Shown: one piece after another, positions 53,661-64,000 of the stretch | Layout of the letters: each line of letters opens with the position of its first letter | Position numbering within the stretch: the stretch's first letter is position 1 | Origin: Eledone cirrhosa | Taxonomy: Eukaryota | NCBI GenBank assembly: GCA_964016885.1 | Contig: CAXHJY010001471.1 | Location: 34,177 to 98,176, forward strand | Direction: 5' to 3' | Length of the DNA: 64,000 nt | Made by a program: the position numbers and the translations under genes | The notes under the pieces: model-generated | The model's input: the letters and a program-made list of their open reading frames with translations, nothing else | Told to the model about the DNA's origin: nothing | The model's database searches: none

Positions 53661-53972
53661 GTAGCAATGAATGGGCCTCCATGTATGGGTCAGCTTCTTC
53701 AAACATAACTATTAGTTTTACCCTGATACTAAGGGACATATTTACCTTGATACCACGAAGTCTGCAAGTGAACGCTAAATATTTTCTCTTAGCAATCATT
53801 TTCAACTTATCTTCAATCTGATATTTTCTTTTTTTTTATTACATTCTTTCAGATATTATATCTTCAGCAGTTAGTAACTTCAAAGACTATGATTTTTTTT
53901 CTAATATGTAACATTACCAACCCGGTCTTTTTTTCTTTCTCTTTCTTTATATATGTTATATGTATTTATATT

Positions 53973-54038
<66 letters not shown>

Positions 54039-54152
54039 AGAAAAAGAGAGAGAGAGAGTTAAATGTATTTATATATAGATAAATAAATGAATAAATATAC
54101 ATATATGTGTATGCATGATATGTTATATATGTATGTGTGTTGTGTGTGGCTA

Positions 54153-54261
<109 letters not shown>

Positions 54262-55884
54262 CACAGAGAAAATCAGAAAAAAGTAAAATAGTAAAATGGA
54301 CAAGTGGGAAAGTGAGAGACAGGGGGGAAAGAAAGAGAAAATATGAGTTAGACACATAATTTTATTATAAAACTAATTTCCGATAATTCTTTTCTTGGTT
54401 ATTTTAGCTCCTTCATATTTTTACCTTCTAATTTTCATTTTTTTTATTTATTTTTTTTTTTTACACAGTTTCTGCAGCATTGGAAATTGTATTTAAAAGA
54501 AAATCACTCTACTCCTACTGCTAAAGGGATATATTCAATTTGAAAATCTATTGCGATAAGTACTTCATGAATTTTGGGTATAGGTTAGTGAATGTGTGAC
54601 TTTTAACGGGAGCTACTTAAGGTAAAAGACTAATCATTAACATTAAACCAAAATAAATGTGATTTATTGAATGTTTAATTTGATTAGTTGATATTGTTGG
54701 CTGTTATACCTCACAGAGATTTCTTCAGCCTCCGACAACAGAATAGAATTTATTTATTTCTTATCAGTTATAAATATTTGTTTTACTCAATCTGCTGGCA
54801 GAAATGGAGATTGAATAAAAGTAAAGGCTGTATAACGGCTTATCTTGCTTCTTGACATTTGGTGTTCAATTCCTACTGAGATCAGTTTTGCTTTTCATCT
54901 CTATGATAGCGAGAAAATATGTAGCAATATGCTGAAATTCTTATTCTAGTGGAAATTGGGAGGATGGAAACTGTTTGGAAGCTGGATGGAAACTGGATGG
55001 ACTGTACCTGTAATTCAAATTGTGACATTATAAATCTCTCTGTAGATTACGTTATGGGTACACGGGACTGTGGAATGCTCAGCCACTTACACGCTAACTT
55101 TATGAGTAGAGCATTCCATTGACTGAACAACTGGAATACTTATCGTCGAAACTAACAGAGGTTCATTCCGTGTTTACTGGAAATATTTTTGAATGCTTAT
55201 GTAATAATTTTTAAAGCTTAGTTAGTGGAGGATGAACAGAACTCAAGATCCTTTTCCGGGGGCTCACAAATTAGTAGCGTGAGGAAGATAGGAATGCTCT
55301 CTTCAATCCGGAAACCTCCAGAATGTACTCAGCTAAGAGCATCCAATGGTTATTTGATTGTGTCTAACCGGTCGACAGATTTTGTCTACCACCAAAGAAC
55401 AGGCTTTCACATATTTTCGTCTATAAAATATCGTCTTTGAAAGGGTAAAAAGAAAAGTTGACTTCGATAGGATTTGAACCTAGAGAGCACAAATACCAGA
55501 AACGAATACCGCAAAGTTCTCTATAAGGTCAATAATTTTTTACACGAAAAGCACCTATTTCGCTTTCTTGCCATACGTCACTAGATACTTTCAATAAGCC
55601 AACAAAAGTGCTTCCTACTTTGTCGGCTCGAATTGCTAGAAATAGCAGTTAAATATCTCTTCAATCTATATATAAATTTCTGCGATTCTGTTACAACACG
55701 TAAAAAGTGTCTTGAAATAGCGTAGGCACATAGGAACACCCTGACTGAATAGAATATAGGATAGTTATGGCTGTAATACATTTGATCACAAATCTGCTTC
55801 TTTGTTAACAAACGACTTTAAGTGAAATAATTCTATCCAAGAAATATTTCTTCTTCATTTAATATTTTCTAGGCGATTCTAGAC

Positions 55885-56169
55885 CAGGCATGGGCAACCT
55901 TTTTCGAGAAGCGGGCCCCATTGAGATATAACTCATCATCAGCCGGGCCGCAAGCGCTAATTTACATCCGTGCCCACATTTAAAAAAAGGGCGCTAACTC
56001 AGGTTGTTTTGATTTGTTTCTTCAGTATGCATACACGTTGTATTCAGAATTCATACACGATCGTAAATATGATAGAAACATAAAATACGACTGAAAAGTT
56101 GGGGTAAAAGATCAGGTGTCTTAGGCGGCCATTCAGAAAACTTCGCGGGCCACAGGTTGCCCATGACTG
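55885..56169. mobile_element. hAT (Charlie-type) MITE, 285 bp
   Basis: TIRs CAGGCATGGGCAACC / GGTTGCCCATGACTG with a perfect 8-bp TSD TTCTAGAC (NTCTAGAN consensus). Confidence 0.9.
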
Positions 56170-56384
56170 TTCTAGACTATTCAATTAAAGACATTATCTG
56201 GCCAGGAGAACAATTGCTGATCAGTATGGAGTCAATGTTCACTGGCCATGTTCCTAATCAAGACATCCTTCAGCCCTCGGAATATCAATCCAATTTGATG
56301 GAATTTGTTTGCAATTATATTTGTTGTTATTTTCGTTTTTGTCCCGGCTATCGTTTAGTTATTGATGTTGTTATTTAGCCTCAT

Positions 56385-56600
56385 GAGTGCGGTGGATTGA
56401 CAGTATCGATAAAGCGTCGGCCACCCTGCTTCGCGACATAGAGTTACGACCCTTTATGTTCTTAGTTCAAATCCCGCCGAGGTTAGCTTTGCGTTTCATC
56501 CTTACGGGGTCGATAAAATAAAGTACCAGTCACGCACTGGGTAGATTTAATCGACTTTCCCCTTCCCAAAATTGCTGGCCTTATGTCAAAATTAGAAACG
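56385..56600 (+). mobile_element. Nin/Deu-domain SINE with 15-bp TSD GTTATTTAGCCTCAT
   Basis: TSD at 56370-56384 and 56601-56615. Confidence 0.85.
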
Positions 56601-57920
56601 GTTATTTAGCCTCATATTATCTCTAGTTAAGCAGGCATTCGGAGCGAGAACATTTCGATTTTCTTCGGTATGTCTAATTGAGGATTACATTAGCTAATGT
56701 GTTCTTTTACCTTTAAGGGATTTGAGAAGAATTTGACTGCTATTTCTAGTAGGTTAAACGACCAGGTTGACACATATTCGTTGGCTTAGCTATAATTGAA
56801 TTCAACGACGTGTCAACAGCTTTGAGCATTTGAAAATCCTGAATAATCGTTACATGTTTAGTCATCTTACAAGTTTTCTAAGTTTAAATGGCTCCTATGG
56901 GAGACAGGAGGAAACAGCAAAGATCATCCCACAGCTGACCATAACTTGAAGGAGATATTTAATAGTGGATTTAAGAATTTATGGGTTAGGGTTAGGGTTA
57001 AGGAATGGCAGATTGTAAGAAATATTTTTTCACTAACATTCTGTTAAAGAACCTTAGATTTTGACCTTGTATCCCCGTTGTATATGTGTGTGACTCAAGA
57101 CAGATAGATGATGGCTTACCAACGGTAAGAGCACGAAACAGTCGGTGAATTTATAAAGAAATCAAATTTATTTTCTTGCGTATTTTTAACTATGGAGTAT
57201 TCTATACCAACTCTCTATATTATACTGCACAACACAGTTTTAACCCTTTAGCATTTACGTTACTCTATATAAACTATTGTATTTTCACAGTAAAGGCTTT
57301 ATCTTACATAATTATCTCACATAATATTGAATCTATGAGATTTTTATATTTATTTTCAGAAAAATACCTTAATGTCAGTATGAGTGGCCAGTTTTGGCTG
57401 GTTTGAACAGAAAGAGGTGAAAGAATTCTGGCCGGATACGGCGAGTTTAAATGCTAAAGAGTTAATACCCTACGTTAAACGTGGGAATCAATGAGGAAAG
57501 CTTCCACATCGTCAATCACTCTCTGAGAGAAATAGCAGCCATATCTCTCTCAAATACCAAAAAGAACACATTGGATAGATGCAGTCCAGAATGTACTATA
57601 TGGAACAATTTGGGATGGTCATGGTTGGAATGCTTTTCATCAGTTTTCTCTATCAGGACTGACATGAAGCTAAACAACACAAACAATGTATCAACATTGT
57701 ATTTCACTATAAAATATATACTAGAATATCTTATCACAAAATTCCATTATATATTAATCTTGTAATTAAGATATAATGCACGGAACAGATAAAAAAAAAA
57801 GACATGTTTACATCTGTCTAAACTTGGCTAAAATGTGCAATGTTTATCATACGATATAACGTAGAATATATTTTTTATTATTTAATCTTATACGACTACA
57901 ACTATATATATATATATATA

Positions 57921-58278
57921 TGAAAAAGTATGACCCCGACGGCAGAGCTCAAGCCGTTTCGACGGCTATTTCTGGACGGCTATTTCAGTCCAGAAATAGC
58001 CGTCGAAACGGTTTGAGCTCTGCCGTCGGGGTCATACTTTTTCTTATTTCCCACTCTACTACCCTAAGTATTGAGTACTCTGGTGCGTTATGGTTCATCT
58101 GGTTCTTTACCACAATTCCTTTGTTATATATATATATATAACGAAGGAAGTGTGGTAAGATACCACGTGGACCATAACACACCAGAGTACTCGATACTAT
58201 GGGTAGTAGAGTGGGTAATAGGAAAAGAAATAGCTGTCGAAACGGCCGGAGCTCAGCCGTCGGGGTCCTGACTCTTTT

Positions 58279-58354
<76 letters not shown>

Positions 58355-58452
58355 AAAAGTTTAACTTTTTTCTATTACCTACTCTACTACCCTAAGTATT
58401 GAGTACTCTGGTGCGTTATGGTCCATCTGGTCCCTTACCACACCTTCTTCGT

Positions 58453-58453
<1 letters not shown>
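57921..58453. mobile_element. Cluster of inverted/truncated 3' ends of the Naiad-like PLE family in (TA)n
   Basis: Homologous to 40585-40723 (TAGCCGTCGAAACGG..GAGCTC..GTCGGGGTC; GAGTACTCTGGTGCGTTATGG). Confidence 0.85.
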
Positions 58454-58496
<43 letters not shown>

Positions 58497-58541
58497 GAAA
58501 CCACTGGTAAATGGAATAATTGCCTTATCTTGTTTATTACA

Positions 58542-58577
<36 letters not shown>

Positions 58578-58682
58578 CTCTGGGGTAATATTCTCCATCG
58601 AATGCTAAGCTGCATTCCGAATCTGCATACGTTAGCTTAGCTTGGCCGCGGCCAAAAGCTTCGTTGACGCTGTACTAAAATT

Positions 58683-58748
<66 letters not shown>

Positions 58749-59214
58749 CATATCAATGTATCAATGAATCAATGTATTAACGCCACGCCACCTACAACAA
58801 GCTCCGCAACCAAACCCACAACCAAACCAAACCAAACCCAAACCGAACCACACCTAACCTACCCAACCAACAAACCAACATCAACAACAAAAAATGTAAA
58901 GAACGTCAGAGCTAATAAAAATGCCACTGATAGTTATAGCTAATAAAAATGACAATTGTGTGCAGGAAAGATTAAATGGAATATTTCTCCGTTTCTAATA
59001 TGGCTACTTTATATGAACCTAAAGCTAATTGTCCGCCCAGTTGCCCATAACTGGTCGATATATTGTGTAGTTCCAACACCTTTTTACTATCATTTCTAAC
59101 CTCCCTCTACTACTCCTTCCTACCCTTCTTTCCCTCCTCTATCTCTCCCTCTCTCTCCCTCCTATCTATCTATCTATCTCTCTCTCTGCTTCTCTCTCCC
59201 CCTTTGTCTATCGC

Positions 59215-59245
<31 letters not shown>

Positions 59246-59258
59246 ACCTCTCTCTCTC

Positions 59259-59305
<47 letters not shown>

Positions 59306-59372
59306 CTCTCTCTCGCTCTATCTATCTATCTGTCTCTCTCTCTTGGCTTCTCTCTCTCTCTTTATCTATCGC

Positions 59373-59414
<42 letters not shown>

Positions 59415-59698
59415 GCTTCTCTCTCCCTCTCTATCTCTCTCTGCTCTCTGCTTCTCTCTCCCTCTCTATCTATCTCTGCTTCTCTCACCCTCTCTATCTA
59501 TCTCTCTAACTACCATCTATCACCCTCTGTTAATAATCTTGGCACTCATATATATATATATATATATACGTGTGTGTGTGTATGTGTATGTATGTATGTA
59601 TATATATATATATATGTGTGTGTGTGTGCGTGTATGTATGTATGTATGTATATATATATATATGTGTGTGTGTGCGTGTATGTATGTATGTATGTATG

Positions 59699-59729
<31 letters not shown>

Positions 59730-59796
59730 ATGTATATATATATATATTAATTTTAACGAGCCAAACAAATATGTTTCGTATAAGATCGCCGTTTAC

Positions 59797-59859
<63 letters not shown>

Positions 59860-60383
59860 GATAAATCTACCAAGAGTTTACGGTAGTGTCCAATCCGTAT
59901 GAAGAACTCAATGTATTCCGGATATCATGGAAAGAAGAGATGTAATGAAAATCCACTTTCGGTGAAAGATAAACGGTATACAGAGTCAAGATAAAATATT
60001 AAACAAATAATGAACAAACAATTCCTTATATTAAACAAAAAAAGTTCACTATTTAACGATCGTTTCTAGGGCATATATGTGTTATAATTGGTATGCATAT
60101 TTAACAGATCTATGTACAAAATTATACAAAATTATACAAATTATCAAGATTAAATATACATACCTAACTCATATATACGCCGAAGACGGCGTATATATGA
60201 GTTAGGTATGTATATTTAATCTTGATAATTTGTATAATTTTGTATAATTTTGTACATAGATCTGTTAAATATGCATACCAATTATAACACATATATGCCC
60301 TAGAAACGATCGTTAAATAGTGAACTTTTTTTGTTTTTTTGTTTAATATAAGGAATTGTTTGTTCATTATTTGTTTAATATTT

Positions 60384-60450
<67 letters not shown>

Positions 60451-60486
60451 AAATATCAGTCTCACATCCTGTTTCACTCACCTCTC

Positions 60487-60527
<41 letters not shown>

Positions 60528-60589
60528 TCCTTCTGTCTCTTTCTCCCTCCTTCTTTCTATCTATCTATCTATCTATCTATCTCAATAGT

Positions 60590-60680
60590 TTTATTTTCAT
60601 ATACCTGTATGTAAACTCCTCATTTGTATTTGTCCCCTTCTTTTGTGCCCTTGTGGCTAATAAAGAAATTTATCTATCTC
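60590..60680 (+). mobile_element. Short 3' end of the Tx1 family in TATC context
   Basis: GTCCCCTTCTTTTGTGCCCTTGTGGCTAATAAAGAAATTTATCTATC. Confidence 0.8.
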
Positions 60681-61069
60681 AATAAACCTAAGTATACAAA
60701 ATAGAAAGTCTGCGTAGTCGTCCCATCTGGCAAAGCTTTCGACACGCTTCTTTTGTCTCTTGACCAGTCCAAATGACTGCTAGCGTTAATGACAGTCTCA
60801 AATAATGGGTCACTTCTGGCATTAGTACGGACAGCCAACGTTGAGATCTGCACACACGTGCAATGGCCAATTAGATACACCAAAACTCTTTCTTTTTTTT
60901 TTTTTGTATTTCTTTCTTTCGTTCATTCTTTCTTTCTTTCTTTCTATCTGGTGTCACTTCATTACAGACTACTCGGAATATTCGTCCCCAAGGAAGGTGG
61001 GGCTGGGGTTGGGTGGGGTTGGGTAACGTTTATGTAATGGAGATGCACCGTGGCTGCTCTGTTGTCCCT

Positions 61070-61113
<44 letters not shown>

Positions 61114-61119
61114 GCACTC

Positions 61120-61150
<31 letters not shown>

Positions 61151-61243
61151 TTGTGTGTATGTGTTTATATATATATATATATATATATCTTCCTCTCTCT
61201 CTCTCTTTCTCTCCGGCTCTCTTTATCTCCGACTCTCTCTCTC

Positions 61244-61300
<57 letters not shown>

Positions 61301-61365
61301 CGAGTACTCTGGTGAGTAATGGTCTAACTGTTGGTTTTTACAGCCTCCATTCTGATATATATGAT

Positions 61366-61445
<80 letters not shown>

Positions 61446-61514
61446 GTGTAGGTATATATATATATAACTTCCTCTCTCTTTATGTATATATTTCCCCGTT
61501 TCTCTTTCTCTCTT

Positions 61515-61604
<90 letters not shown>

Positions 61605-61829
61605 GTGATGGATCATTTCTTGTGTTAAAGCGTTACATGTTGTAAAGTCATGGCGAAAATTCGCTGCCAAAATGCATACTTAATTTTCCCTCATCAACTT
61701 CCGGGTCAAAAAACAGAGAGGTCAAGGAATATAAATATATTCAAGAGAAGATAAAATCCTATTTAGTCATTGTTGTAGATGCGTAACACAAGATATACAC
61801 ATTTCTCTCTCTCTCCCTCACACACTCTC

Positions 61830-61863
<34 letters not shown>

Positions 61864-62016
61864 CCTTCTCTCTTCTCACTTTCTCTTCCTCATAACTCTC
61901 TATCTATTTCTCCCTCTCTCTCTCTCTCTTTCACTCACACTTTCTTCCTCTCTCTCCCTCTTTTTCTTTCACTCACTCTTTCTTCCCCTCTCTCTCTCTC
62001 TCTCTCTCACACTTTC

Positions 62017-62056
<40 letters not shown>

Positions 62057-62379
62057 CTTCCACCACTCCCATCTCTCACTTTTTCTATCTATTTGCCTTT
62101 CACTCTATCAATCCATCTAGCTAGCTAGCTATCTATCTGTCTGCATATCCATCTATTTATCTATCTATAAATCTATCTATATAAAGATATATATATATAT
62201 ATATATCTTTATATAGATAGATGGTGGTATTATGACAAGAGCCTACTACTACTACCATGAAACATAGCAGTAAATTTTGGCAAGTTTTACTCAACAAATA
62301 ATTTGGAACACACACACAGAAACAAAATGGCGTAGGACAGAACAAAAAAGAGGCACAAAAACAAAGAAAAGAATCCCCA

Positions 62380-62422
62380 GTCACTGATGAGGTCACAGAA
62401 TGTGTGACGAAAGAACTTTGAC
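62380..62422 (+). ncRNA. Minimal type I HHR motif with an extra G after A9
   Basis: guca CUGAUGA g gucaca-gaaug-ugugac GAAA g-aa-c UU ugac. Confidence 0.65.
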
Positions 62423-62612
62423 AATATATAAACAACTATCTGGTTGTGGAACCAACCAGAAATTTATAAATTTATAAATTCCTAAATTTATGAATTTATT
62501 ATAATAAATTGAAGTGAAAGCAACTGGTGCGTGTTTCTTATTGGCAACATGACCCTCCCAAAGTATAACAATATCGGTTTCAACACACGATTTCAGATAA
62601 AGAATCTTGCTA

Positions 62613-62663
<51 letters not shown>

Positions 62664-63484
62664 CTTTACCCATCTATCAATCCATCTAGCTATATAAATA
62701 TATATATATTTGTTCCCTTGCAGAAACTAATTAGTTGGAGTGAAAATTTTAGTAAGTTAATTTTTAATTTTTAAAATTTTTTTATTTTACGTCTTTCATA
62801 TAATTGTTCTGCATCCCCCTGCATAGAACCACAAAGGTACTAAGACATAACATATATATTTGCTAGTATCTGTATACATATGTTGGTAGATATACTAATT
62901 CTCTATATTTATCTCCAAATTATTTGTTGAGTAAAACTTGCCAAAATTTACTGCTATGGTTCATGGTAGTAGTAGTAGGCTCTTGTCATAATACCACCCC
63001 ACTCCTCACTGATTAACCTCAGTGTCACGTGATTGATTCTTTAGAATCTGCCACTGACCAAATAGGCAGTGAATTTTTTCAGTGCTCTGGAATTTAGTCC
63101 CCGCTAGCTTTATTCCATCCACTGAATTATTATTTTTATATGGGTTCCTTGTGTCCGTGCATTGCCTGGGAACTTAGCTGAGAATAGACTTCCTGATGAC
63201 GGAAGGAATTCTCTATAGTTACGTTACGTAACTATATTTGTTCCCTTGCAAAACTAATTAGTTGGAGTGAAAATTTTAGTAAGCTAATTTTTAATTTTTA
63301 AAATTTTCTTATTTTATGTCTTTCATATAATTGTTCTGCATCCCCCTGCATAGAACCACAAAGGTACTAAGACATAACATATATATTTGCTAGCATGGGT
63401 ATACATCTGTATACACATGTTGGTAGATATACTAATTCTCGATATATATATATTGCTTTACCCATCTATCAATCCATCTATCTA

Positions 63485-63918
63485 TGGGCGAGATTGAGAG
63501 GAGTGAGGACAGATGCCTTTCTCTCCGGACAACAACTCATTCCCTTCTTTAGATACCACTTTAGATGGAGAATCAGAGGGGAGAGAGAGGCACTGCACCC
63601 CAGCAAATTTACTGAAAGGTGGGTGAATGTAGCAAAAATGGCCCGTGTGATTGGGGCTTCTCTGTATATAAACCTGTAGGTTGAAGAAGAGAGCAAAAGG
63701 AAGAAAGGATCACTTGCACAACATGCTCCTGGATTTGAGGGTTGTTCTATCAACGGGGTATAAAACAACCCATTTGTAACGCCTCACCCCTATTGGGGAG
63801 TTCGATTGTTAAATTTGTTTGTTGAAAATATTTTTTTACACGATTGTATGTAAAATCACCGGCATATGTCCTGTATTGTCCCCTTTTCTTGTGCACCCTT
63901 GTGGCAAATAAAGAAATA
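63485..63918 (+). mobile_element. 5'-truncated Tx1 3' fragment flanked by TATC repeats
   Basis: Encodes WARLRGVRTDAFLSGQQL...ERWVNVAKMARV and ends GCAAATAAAGAAA followed by (TATC)n. Confidence 0.88.
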
Positions 63919-64000
63919 TATCTATCAATCTATCCATCTATCTATCTATCAATTAATCTATCCATCTATCTATCTATCTATCTCTCTATATCAGCCTGTA

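Noticed and set aside
53840-53872. HHR-like CUGAAGA...GAAA on the minus strand
   Set aside because: No stem I or stem III complementarity; likely a chance match in AT-rich DNA.
54445-54625. Possible host exon after a poly-T/CAG acceptor-like site
   Set aside because: No recognisable coding signal; it cannot be supported without transcript data.
56983-57003. Telomeric (TTAGGG)n
   Set aside because: Only about three units, too short to call an interstitial telomere.
57095-57150. HHR-like GATGA...hairpin...GAAACAGTC
   Set aside because: The core lacks CU and there is no stem I partner.

Overview
Repeat-dominated eukaryotic DNA with no recognisable host protein-coding gene. The extreme microsatellite load and Nin/Deu-domain tRNA-SINEs suggest a cephalopod such as Octopus, which is an inference. 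Bases 1-16.9 kb hold a head-to-tail array of four Tx1-clade (L1 group) LINE copies on the minus strand, each separated by (GATA)n/(TATC)n; three more 3' fragments lie elsewhere. Bases 17-64 kb are a microsatellite sea containing a near-intact 5'-truncated Penelope-like element (RT + GIY-YIG, Naiad-like), RTE-type non-autonomous repeats, SINEs, a hAT MITE, and Helitron, mariner and R4/Dong fragments. The most striking signal, found by folding the sequence by hand, is a dense set of type I hammerhead ribozyme (HHR) motifs from about 8 sequence families. Most sit in (TA)n-flanked fold-back elements, and they show recurrent non-canonical cores (U3:A8, U4C, U10.1-U11.1, +1 nt after A9). One family forms a tandem array of ~500-bp monomers with one minimal HHR per complete unit, which is a retrozyme-like architecture predicted to release a 516-nt monomer (possibly circular) RNA. 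Most other ORFs in the track are microsatellite noise.
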